This document shows positions 1 to 7,325 of a stretch of DNA of 64,000 bases, in pieces. Source of the DNA: a virus; IMG/VR virus record IMGVR_UViG_3300038856_000064, positions 1 to 64,000 of that record. One strand, given 5' to 3'. Both the position numbers and the translations under genes were made by a program. The notes under the pieces were generated by a model. That model ran no database searches and was not told the origin of the DNA. It saw nothing but the letters and a program-made list of their open reading frames with translations. Positions within the stretch are counted from its first letter, which is position 1; each line of letters opens with the position of its first letter.

Positions 1-156
1 CTCTAGTATCATCTAGGTCTCGATGGTCTTATATGTCAAAATATAGCTTTAAAAGATGGATAGTTCAGCCTGTGCGAAACACTTCAATAACTCCGGCTTT
101 CACTCGCGACGTACAAGATACACCTAGATAAAATTTAGGGCATAAGTTCAATTTAT

Positions 157-289
157 GGGCCTGTAGTTTAATAGAGACTGGTCATCTATATCAAACTGAG
201 TATACGCAGAGTCAACTGCATCGGATGACTTAAAAGAACGCATAGTCGTAATCTGTGAAGTGGAGGTTCAAGTCCTTCCGGGTCCACCA
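157..289 (+). tRNA. tRNA-like gene with about 60-nt structured D-loop insertion; anticodon loop TCGTAAT (GTA with C33, or shifted CGT); G3.U70/A73; encoded CCA
   Basis: Acceptor GGGCCTG/CGGGTCC-A-CCA, D-stem GTTT/GAAC, anticodon stem CATAG/CTGTG, T-arm GGAGG-TTCAAGT-CCTTC. Confidence 0.85.
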
Positions 290-310
290 TTTTCTAGATG
301 AAAGAAACAT

Positions 311-437
311 GCCCCTGTAGCTTAAGATATCACGACGGGGTATCAAATCAATAAGGCAGAGTAAACTGCAAACCTTAGTGAGCAATAAAGCCCGAACTCA
401 TACTTCGGAGATTTAGGTTCAAGTCCTAACGGGGGCG
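311..437 (+). tRNA. tRNA-CAT (Met or Ile2) with about 55-nt structured D-loop insertion
   Basis: Acceptor GCCCCTG/CGGGGGC, D-stem GCTT/AAGC, CCGAA-CTCATAC-TTCGG, T-arm TTAGG-TTCAAGT-CCTAA. Confidence 0.85.
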
Positions 438-458
438 ATTTTTAAAAGGAACAACTAG

Positions 459-839
459 ATGACAGATAATGAAGGGATTAAATGTACAGGCGGACACACG
501 CTTCAATACCAAAACGGGCAGGAATTTACAATGGATATGACAGTCCTTCAAACTGCTTCTATGTCAGATGCTGACATTAAGCTTGAAGCGGGCATCCAGG
601 CGATTTCTGACCTACTAGGAGATGCAGAGGACGACACCGAGTGTGTCGAATGGGAGTGCTGTGGAGAATGCGTGGCAAATGCTGGCTTTTCTACAGCGCC
701 CAACTTCGAAAAGGGATTCTTTGATCTTCACCGAGAAGTTGTAGATGGCGTAGAGCAGGCTACGGTTCAGGTAATTCTGACTGCCGGCAATGATTTTGAT
801 ATTCTAGTTGTTTGTGATTGTGAGGAGGACGAATGCTAG
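459..839 (+). CDS. Acidic Cys-rich hypothetical protein (paralog of 9414..9833)
   Basis: SD AAGGA; shares EGxKCTG, MSDAD, ECCxEC and C-terminal CxC with 9414..9833. Confidence 0.8.
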   Translation: MTDNEGIKCTGGHTLQYQNGQEFTMDMTVLQTASMSDADIKLEAGIQAISDLLGDAEDDTECVEWECCGECVANAGFSTAPNFEKGFFDLHREVVDGVEQATVQVILTAGNDFDILVVCDCEEDEC

Positions 840-1018
840 ACGACACTACAGACCAGAGCGTGACCATTTTCTTTACAAGTGGTACACAGATTCAATTTAC
901 TGGCGTGAGTGATGTGAAGAAAACAACCGATCGTATCACCTTCAAGAAGGGTGGAAACGATTATACATTTATGGTTAATACTTTAGCAGGCTGGTCATTA
1001 CCGGCTGGTGTAAAATGA
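833..1018 (+). CDS. hypothetical protein
   Basis: ORF with GAGGA SD, overlaps neighbours. Confidence 0.7.
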   Translation: MLDDTTDQSVTIFFTSGTQIQFTGVSDVKKTTDRITFKKGGNDYTFMVNTLAGWSLPAGVK

Positions 1019-1245
1019 AAATGAAAACTGAATTTATGAATGGCAGGTTTATAGCTAATACGTCTAGCGATGATGGAGTTCAAAGGCTTCGTCTTGAGAT
1101 GTATCAATCTATCGATACGGCGTTATTTACCAGCGTCACGTATAATTGCGTATCATCAGATGACGTCGATAAAATGATTGACGAGCTAAAAGATGCTCGT
1201 AATCAGCTAGTTGTTTTTGAGGAAAAAGCAAAAAAAATCACTTGA
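1015..1245 (+). CDS. hypothetical protein
   Basis: ORF coupled to upstream stop. Confidence 0.7.
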   Translation: MKMKTEFMNGRFIANTSSDDGVQRLRLEMYQSIDTALFTSVTYNCVSSDDVDKMIDELKDARNQLVVFEEKAKKIT

Positions 1246-1269
1246 CAATCAGTCTAAGTAGGCTATACT
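1242..1269 (+). promoter_or_regulatory. sigma70-type promoter TTGACA-N16-TATACT
   Basis: Consensus hexamers with 16-nt spacer upstream of an ncRNA/tRNA cluster. Confidence 0.7.
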
Positions 1270-1282
1270 AGAGTGTTCGAAC

Positions 1283-1366
1283 GAGGCATGCTTCAAGCCT
1301 CTGGATGACACGTTAATGCTATGTCGCCTTGAGCAAGCGATATCTTAGTCATCTAGTTGCTGCTCA
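1283..1366 (+). ncRNA. candidate pseudoknotted ncRNA
   Basis: GAGGC/GCCTC hairpin; TGGATGAC/GTCATCTA stem enclosing ATGTCGC/GCGATAT; loop TGAGCA complementary to TGCTCA at 1361-1366. Confidence 0.5.
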
Positions 1367-1372
1367 TTTTAT

Positions 1373-1457
1373 CGCGGAATAGTGTAACTGGTAACACGCT
1401 TGGCTCATAACCAAGAAACCGAAAAGGCTTGTCCGGGTTCGAGTCCCGGTTCCGCTA
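1373..1457 (+). tRNA. tRNA-Met(CAT), initiator-like (unpaired 1:72), with long variable arm
   Basis: CGCGGAA/TTCCGCT, CTTGG-CTCATAA-CCAAG, CCGGG-TTCGAGT-CCCGG. Confidence 0.85.
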
Positions 1458-1469
1458 AACAATTCTTAT

Positions 1470-1543
1470 GTCGAGGTAGTGTAGCTAAAGGCACGCTGGC
1501 GTTGGAGCCAGTAGAGTAGGTGTGACGCCTACCCTCGACACCA
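1470..1543 (+). tRNA. atypical tRNA, 6- or 8-nt anticodon loop (TTG/TGG ambiguous), encoded CCA
   Basis: GTCGAGG/CCTCGAC-A-CCA, CTGGC-GTTGGA-GCCAG, GTAGG-TGTGACG-CCTAC. Confidence 0.7.
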
Positions 1544-1666
1544 GTCAATCCGAAAGCCAGGGTAGACGATTTCATTTTCCTTTTGTGTTTGAGATATGAA
1601 AAACTCTCATTTAGGCTTGACGATCCGGAGAGACGGGTACATTACCAGGGGCAATCACCTGGGTAT
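1544..1666 (+). ncRNA. candidate structured RNA abutting the tRNA CCA
   Basis: GTCA/TGAC, AGCC/GGCT, TTTCAT/ATGAAA nested stems followed by CCG-GAGAGA-CGG and CCAGG/CCTGG hairpins; no ORF. Confidence 0.4.
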
Positions 1667-1701
1667 AAAAACGTTGCATAATGATGCTTATAAAGTAAAA
1701 A

Positions 1702-1757
1702 GACTACTAGGTGTATCAAACTCCTTGACGCAGAGAGAACTGCAATCTGATGTAGTC
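1702..1757 (+). ncRNA. free-standing copy of the tRNA D-loop insert motif
   Basis: GACTAC/GTAGTC stem enclosing TATCAAA-N9-GCAGAGAGAACTGCA. Confidence 0.75.
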
Positions 1758-1824
1758 ATATAATGTATAATATTGATTTGTAATGGTAGTTGGTGGATCT
1801 ACTTGATTTAAAACCACCTTTTCA

Positions 1825-1901
1825 TGAGTGGAGCAGGGTTGTAATGATTAAGCGGTTCGAGTCCGTAGTAATTATCTAGGTTCGATTCCTAGGCCACTCA
1901 T
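1825..1901 (+). ncRNA. tRNA-like RNA with two T-arms and no anticodon
   Basis: TGAGTGG/CCACTCA; GCGG-TTCGAGT-CCGT; CTAGG-TTCGATT-CCTAG. Confidence 0.7.
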
Positions 1902-1955
1902 TAGTGTATGATATCAGATCATCTATCAAGGAGTTAAAAACGAAGACGATTGTTA

Positions 1956-2028
1956 GGGCGTATAGCATCAAGGACGATGCAGTCGGGCTTCAACCCGAAA
2001 GAGGTGGGTTCGATTCCTACTATGCCCG
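1956..2028 (+). tRNA. atypical tRNA with 6-nt loop CTTCAA (TCA or TTC)
   Basis: GGGCGTA/TATGCCC-G, GCATC/GATGC, TCGGG/CCCGA, GTGGG-TTCGATT-CCTAC. Confidence 0.75.
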
Positions 2029-2044
2029 ATGGAGACAATAGATA

Positions 2045-2269
2045 ATGAAAACAGTATTAGGATTCGGTCTTCATGATATAGAATATACCTATAAATATTG
2101 GGATATTCTAAATGCTGGTGGCGAAACGGAAAGATCACCAAGTAGAATGTGGGAAGCTAAGTATGATTGGCATATCGGTTATGGAGAAACCCAGATCGAA
2201 GCACTAGAACAGTTAATAAGATCTCTGGTCAATTACATAACATTACAAAAGATATTCCCTGGATCATGA
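2045..2269 (+). CDS. hypothetical protein
   Basis: ORF with GGAG upstream. Confidence 0.6.
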   Translation: MKTVLGFGLHDIEYTYKYWDILNAGGETERSPSRMWEAKYDWHIGYGETQIEALEQLIRSLVNYITLQKIFPGS

Positions 2270-2424
2270 AGCCTTACGGTGAGCGAAGACCTAGAGTGGT
2301 TTGGTGTGAAAATCATGGATGTCCATGTTGTGACAGCTATAAATGGCTTCGCAAAAAAGACCGCAAGCCATCTAAATCAAAAGAACGCCAAAGGGCAAAA
2401 CGTAATATCATGAAGTTTACCTGA
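2266..2424 (+). CDS. small very basic Cys-containing protein (MKPYG...CxxxGCPCC)
   Basis: ATGA overlap with upstream stop; K/R-rich tail. Confidence 0.65.
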   Translation: MKPYGERRPRVVWCENHGCPCCDSYKWLRKKDRKPSKSKERQRAKRNIMKFT

Positions 2425-2498
2425 ATACAGCGCTCGTGACCCTCCTTATTTTCTAGTTGTAAAAACACTCAACTAGTAACTATTTTGGAGGAATAATC

Positions 2499-2930
2499 AT
2501 GGACGAACGTACTTATCTCAAGGTAAAGATCAAAAGTTTGGCTGAAGAAGCTAGGATAATTCGCAAGGAAACAAAGCGTGCGAAATCTAAGACTATCAAG
2601 GAAGGATTATACTTACATCGTATCGGAACGGTTCGTATAGAGGCTCGGCACACTCATTTAGCTTATGGCTTTCTGCGTGGTAGGGAGTACCACCAGATCG
2701 AAACCAGTGCTCATAGCGCGCCAGATTGGAAGAAGGTGCGCAAGATGATTGAAAAGTATGGAGCGCATCTAGCAAATTGGCATTTAGACGAGTCTTATAC
2801 AAGCTATAAGGAACGTTGCGATCAGTATAAGGTCGATAAAGAAGAAGTCCTAAAGCGTTTTGATGAATGGATCAAGGCTGCATCTTATTATTATGAGACT
2901 ACTAACACGCAAACAGAGACTACGATTTAA
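2499..2930 (+). CDS. basic hypothetical phage protein
   Basis: Strong GGAGG SD, 143 aa. Confidence 0.8.
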   Translation: MDERTYLKVKIKSLAEEARIIRKETKRAKSKTIKEGLYLHRIGTVRIEARHTHLAYGFLRGREYHQIETSAHSAPDWKKVRKMIEKYGAHLANWHLDESYTSYKERCDQYKVDKEEVLKRFDEWIKAASYYYETTNTQTETTI

Positions 2931-3417
2931 AGAGCATAGCGCTGAAATTCTACCAATTAATCTAGCTGCCATTAATTTTAGGTGTGATGGCAACTTGGGG
3001 CAATTAATCAGAGCGGCGGTTTGTTTCGGTGTAGAGAATCTCTACGTAGTCGGGCATATTCCTACTAGACAAGAGCTAAAAAATATGTCTGGCTCAACAT
3101 TAGATTACATCAATATCATTCAGTGCGAGAATGAAGAAGACCTACTAGATAAGATTAGGGACACGACAGTTCTAGTTGCTGAATTAACTGATGACGCACA
3201 GAATGTTTACGACTTTGAGTTTGATTATTCCAAGCCAACAACTATTATTGTAGGTAATGAATCAGTTGGAGTGCCAGGAGTAATTACAACTAGAGCAGAT
3301 AATGTAGTGTATATTCCCATGCCGGGCTATGGTGTTTGCCTCAATACCGCCCACACGGCTAACATTATGCTGTATGAGGCGGCAAGACAATATTCTCGCA
3401 GTTGCCAGTCTGCATAG
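2893..3417 (+). CDS. SpoU/TrmH-family SPOUT RNA methyltransferase (start uncertain)
   Basis: GNLGQLIRAA, VGNESVG, YIPMPG..CLN motifs. Confidence 0.9.
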   Translation: MRLLTRKQRLRFKEHSAEILPINLAAINFRCDGNLGQLIRAAVCFGVENLYVVGHIPTRQELKNMSGSTLDYINIIQCENEEDLLDKIRDTTVLVAELTDDAQNVYDFEFDYSKPTTIIVGNESVGVPGVITTRADNVVYIPMPGYGVCLNTAHTANIMLYEAARQYSRSCQSA

Positions 3418-3424
3418 AAGATTC

Positions 3425-3493
3425 TTTTGAGTAGTGTAAAGGTCGCATACTATACAAAATATAGTGGTGTGAGTTCGAGTCTCATCTCAAAAA
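3425..3493 (+). tRNA. degenerate AU-rich tRNA-like element
   Basis: TTTTGAG/CTCAAAA, GTGT/GCAT, ACTAT/ATAGT, GTGAG-TTCGAGT-CTCAT. Confidence 0.6.
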
Positions 3494-3542
3494 AGGATCT
3501 TCGGTTATCAAAACTGGCTATTTTATATTCTAGGAGGAAAAA

Positions 3543-4221
3543 ATGACTTCAGTAATAGTAGAGATTAGAGCCGCCGAAGGTGGCAAGGACGCTAAGCTTT
3601 TAGTTCAAGATCAACTAGGGATTTATCGCAAGGTTGCGCAGCGCTACTGTCTTTAGCATCGACGTCATAGAGGATCGGGCGGGGTTCGCTTGTTTCAGGG
3701 TGTCCGGTAAGGGTGCCGAGAGGACGTTCGCCAACGAGGGTGGAGGGCACCGAGTGCAGCGCGTGAGCCCTACAGAGAGGCGTGGAAGGGTCCATACGTC
3801 AACGATTACAGTGGCGGTGCTCCCTGAACCTAAACGACATGAGTTTAATCTAGATGTCCGAGATCTGGAAATTACAACTAGAAGAGGTAGCGGTCCCGGC
3901 GGACAGCATAGGAATAAAACAGACTCGTGCGTTGACATTAAACATAAACCAACCGGGATCGTAGTTTCTATAGATGGACGCTCACAGCATGCGAATAAGG
4001 CGTTAGCCTTGGAGATTCTTTCTGCAAAATTGCTTGCAAAACAGCGTGAGCGTGGTATAGTTGAGCGTAACCAGAACCGAAAAACCCAAGTAGGTTGTGG
4101 TCAGCGTGGTGACAAGCGACGCACTATTAGAATTCAGGATAATCAAGTGGTGGACCATATTCTTGGTAAGACCACAACCTATAAGGAGTATGTCAAAGGA
4201 AACTTCGATAAATTAATCTGA
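3543..4221 (+). CDS. Class I peptide chain release factor, RF1-like, lacking domain 1; needs +1 frameshift at CTT-TAG-C (3651-3657); about 225 aa
   Basis: SD AGGAGG, ATG 3543, EIRAAEGG..A (RF domain 2 start) for 37 codons then TAG; +1 frame carries HRVQRVSPTE..GRVHTS, GPGGQHRNKT and RRTI. Confidence 0.9.
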
Positions 4222-4868
4222 TGTGGCCTTTTAAAAAGAAGCAAGTCCCCTGGTTTCCGGCTATCGGAGATTTTGAGATAGATGAATCGGAGGACTATCT
4301 CGACCCGCATCATAAATCAATAATCAATCAACTCAAAAGTATAGTTCCCCCGGATACCTTTAGGGATGGATATATATGTGGGGGTTTCGCGTCTGCCGCT
4401 ATTGGTATTACCAATTCATACAGTGATATTGATATTTTCATAACGAATAAGGCCACATATAGACGTGTTGCTAATATACTAAGAGGTCTCCCTGGAATAG
4501 CCTTTCTAAAGGAAATCAAAAATGACAGAACCAAAATTAGACGCAACACACTCTCTATAGACGTAATAGATTATAGCGATAAGATTGATCCCTGGCGTTT
4601 GTTATGCAAACCAATACAGATACTAGAAAACTTTGACCTTAATTGGTCTATGGCTTGTATAGATGTCGGAAAACACAAAATCATTTACAATATAGACGCC
4701 TCGTCACCTATGGCTATGGTGAACGAAAATCATGATACAAATTTTTCTCACCAAATAGCAAATAGAATTACCAAGTATCAAGAAAGGTTATGTGCTGAGC
4801 CAGCGAGGGCTTGGAATAATCAACTCATTAAAGCGTTAGTCGAACAAAAGCCTAAGCCGATTTACTAA
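4221..4868 (+). CDS. Pol-beta superfamily nucleotidyltransferase (paralog 1)
   Basis: ICGGF..DIDIF, FDLNWS, RITKY. Confidence 0.75.
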   Translation: MWPFKKKQVPWFPAIGDFEIDESEDYLDPHHKSIINQLKSIVPPDTFRDGYICGGFASAAIGITNSYSDIDIFITNKATYRRVANILRGLPGIAFLKEIKNDRTKIRRNTLSIDVIDYSDKIDPWRLLCKPIQILENFDLNWSMACIDVGKHKIIYNIDASSPMAMVNENHDTNFSHQIANRITKYQERLCAEPARAWNNQLIKALVEQKPKPIY

Positions 4869-4898
4869 AATACAACTAGATAACGAATTATTTAATGT
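4860..4898 (+). repeat. 39-bp direct repeat, copy 1 (copy 2 at 5594-5632)
   Basis: 37/39 identical by manual alignment. Confidence 0.9.
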
Positions 4899-5602
4899 GG
4901 CCATTTAAAGAAAAACCCACCTGTTGGTGGCCAGACTCTGGAGATTTTATCGTAGATGATCTAGGTGATTATATCGATCTACATCAAGAAACAGTAATTC
5001 ACCAGATCAAAAGTATCATGCCTCTACATTTTTTTAATCAGGCATTTATATGTGGGGGATTTGCAGCTAATGTGGTTGGTATTACAAATTCATATGATGA
5101 TGTTGATATTTTTGTAACAGACAGGACAGAGTTTATGCTTACTGTAGATTATTTACAAAGACATCATGATATATGTGTAATGTATCACACTAATTCTAAA
5201 GATGATTATGGAGAAAGATTTAAATTTATATACAAAACCTCAGTCATAGATCTCGTAGACTATAGTAAAGTGATTGATAAACGTCGTCAAGCAGAAATCC
5301 GTTTAGGAAAATTTGATTCAGTATATATTAAGATACTAAAAACTTTTGATATTAACTGGTCTATGGCTTGTATCGATGTAGGTGCCAATGTGGAACAGTG
5401 GCACAAGGTAATCTATCATGAAGACGCCCTATCTCCCACAGTTGCGATGAACGAAGGGCGTCGAATAACTAACAACTACCACATAGCAGAAAGAATTAAT
5501 AAGTATCAATCAAGACTTAGTTTTGCTCCAAACCTTAAATGGAATGATGCGATAGCTAAAAAGCTTATGAGTGACGAGAAAGGATCTCCGTCAATTTACT
5601 AA
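4895..5602 (+). CDS. Pol-beta superfamily nucleotidyltransferase (paralog 2)
   Basis: ICGGF..DVDIF, FDINWS, RINKY; same MWPFK start as paralog 1. Confidence 0.75.
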   Translation: MWPFKEKPTCWWPDSGDFIVDDLGDYIDLHQETVIHQIKSIMPLHFFNQAFICGGFAANVVGITNSYDDVDIFVTDRTEFMLTVDYLQRHHDICVMYHTNSKDDYGERFKFIYKTSVIDLVDYSKVIDKRRQAEIRLGKFDSVYIKILKTFDINWSMACIDVGANVEQWHKVIYHEDALSPTVAMNEGRRITNNYHIAERINKYQSRLSFAPNLKWNDAIAKKLMSDEKGSPSIY

Positions 5603-5603
5603 A

Positions 5604-6749
5604 ATGCAACTAGATAGCGAATTATTTAATGTAGTTGAGAAGGATGGCATGAGGTTGATTCTCCCATGTCATTCTAATGCCGTCTCTAATACGGGGTGGA
5701 CTAGGAAAAATCTATGGCTAAGATCTAGGGTCGAGTGCGCCAAAACTGGAGATACAATCTCTGAGAGCTTTGGAAAATTCTTTAACCTCGGCCAGGGTCC
5801 TGATGAGCTACAGATCAATATAGAAACAGTTCTAGATGCAATTAGAAATAACAGGAGAATTGTCGCAACCCTTAAGTATGATGGAAGCTGCCTGATTAGG
5901 TCGGTTTATAAGGGGGAGGTATTTCTTCGCACTCGTGGGTCATTGAAGTATACGTTTCACGACGATGCGGAAGATGAGATGAGGATCTTTACTGATAAGT
6001 ATCCACGTCTATTTGATCCTACCTGGGAGCCGGCTAAATCTCTGTTGTTTGAGTGGGTTACGCCAGCAGCACAAATTGTTATTTCCTATTCCGAGCCTGA
6101 CCTAGTCCTTCTAGGTGCAGTGGATCACGGTCATCGTCATTACTCTCATTTGAAATATTTGACAATGGAGCAACTAGAGCCAATTGCCGCCGAGTGTGGC
6201 GTAAGGCTAACGGAATACTTCACGATTGATTCAGTTAAGGATTGGTATGATTTTTATCATGAGGTTTTAGACCATAAAGAGATTGAGGGATACGTCCTTC
6301 GGCTTAACGACGAGCAGGATCTGGTTAAGGTTAAGAGCCAGCCATACATTACCAAGCATGGTGTGAAGAGTAATCTTTCGTTTAAGTCGATGGTGGAATT
6401 TTGGTTGCAACATGGTCAAGAGGCTATTTATACTTCGATTTTAGAACAACTAGAAAAGTTATATGACGAAGAAGTTGTCATGTGGGCATTGCCCTTTGTA
6501 GACAATCTCTTTGTCGCAGTCGAAGCGTGGGAGAAGGCTCGCACTAAAGTTGAGCTAGATGTCTCTACTCGTTCTCACTGGTCTCGTAAAGACTTTGCTA
6601 TCGAAATGAAAAAGAAGTATACCGGCGAAGAAGCAATTCTGTTTAGTGTCGCTATGCAACTTTGGCAAGGTAAGCCTATCGCAGACAAGATGATTCGTAG
6701 CTTTATGGAGCGGTTTGATAATGGTATTAAGGGAATGTTCAATGAATAA
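5604..6749 (+). CDS. RNA ligase, T4 Rnl1-like
   Basis: KFFN, KYDGS (motif I), FEW, EGYVL, KVKS; likely ATG at 5604. Confidence 0.85.
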   Translation: MQLDSELFNVVEKDGMRLILPCHSNAVSNTGWTRKNLWLRSRVECAKTGDTISESFGKFFNLGQGPDELQINIETVLDAIRNNRRIVATLKYDGSCLIRSVYKGEVFLRTRGSLKYTFHDDAEDEMRIFTDKYPRLFDPTWEPAKSLLFEWVTPAAQIVISYSEPDLVLLGAVDHGHRHYSHLKYLTMEQLEPIAAECGVRLTEYFTIDSVKDWYDFYHEVLDHKEIEGYVLRLNDEQDLVKVKSQPYITKHGVKSNLSFKSMVEFWLQHGQEAIYTSILEQLEKLYDEEVVMWALPFVDNLFVAVEAWEKARTKVELDVSTRSHWSRKDFAIEMKKKYTGEEAILFSVAMQLWQGKPIADKMIRSFMERFDNGIKGMFNE

Positions 6750-7089
6750 CGAACATCGAATCAAGCTCCTCCTTAAGCTTCGTGCCTTGCGAACCGTTTT
6801 ACTAGCCGCTATCAAAAGAATAGAAAATGCTACACAGGGGGTAAACCAGCGATGGCGCGAGAAAACTGTAGACAATCTTACTCAAACCTTGGGGGTTATT
6901 GAGCGTAATATTGATGCATTGCAACAACTACCAGATATTCTAGGTGAAAAAACAGTAGCCCCGTCTGGAACCAGAGAATATACTGAAATGCAAAGCATCG
7001 AGGAGTATCGTAAGTTTCAGGGGCTACCACCAATTACTCAGAACGACATCATCTCAGTTGACTGGAAAGATCTACTAGGTAAATTATGA
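6742..7089 (+). CDS. hypothetical protein
   Basis: ORF overlapping ligase stop. Confidence 0.7.
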   Translation: MNNEHRIKLLLKLRALRTVLLAAIKRIENATQGVNQRWREKTVDNLTQTLGVIERNIDALQQLPDILGEKTVAPSGTREYTEMQSIEEYRKFQGLPPITQNDIISVDWKDLLGKL

Positions 7090-7325
7090 AAACTAAAGAT
7101 AAGCAAACTCTGCGGCGTCGTATTGAAGAAGTCTGTGCCATCCAAGGCGGATGGATGAACGGCGATGGCGAAAAGATTTGGAGTGACCCCGATCAAGTCG
7201 AAATGGTCGCTGTGACTTTATCAAACAAGCTAGGAGTATCTCCCGGAGTATTTCCGGACAACAATGGATATGTATCTCTTCAGTGGTTTCTAGGTGATGA
7301 TAATTTACTAGAGGTTCTGGTATGA
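7086..7325 (+). CDS. hypothetical protein
   Basis: coupled ORF. Confidence 0.65.
   Translation: MKTKDKQTLRRRIEEVCAIQGGWMNGDGEKIWSDPDQVEMVAVTLSNKLGVSPGVFPDNNGYVSLQWFLGDDNLLEVLV

Noticed and set aside
189-220. SAM-I riboswitch similarity (TATCAA...GCAGAG)
   Set aside because: No P3 GCAAC, kink-turn or P4, and no downstream regulated gene
361-388. tmRNA-like resume sequence AACT-GCA-AAC...TAA in the D-loop insert
   Set aside because: GCA is part of the conserved GCAG/CTGC hairpin and the other two copies give no comparable tag
1956-2028. tRNA-Sec
   Set aside because: No long variable arm or 8-bp acceptor stem, and the loop is not 7 nt
3634-4221. Release factor starting at TTG 3634, or a PrfH call
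   Set aside because: No SD at 3634 and the conserved N-terminal motif lies in the upstream frame; the recognition loop is RF1-like, not PrfH
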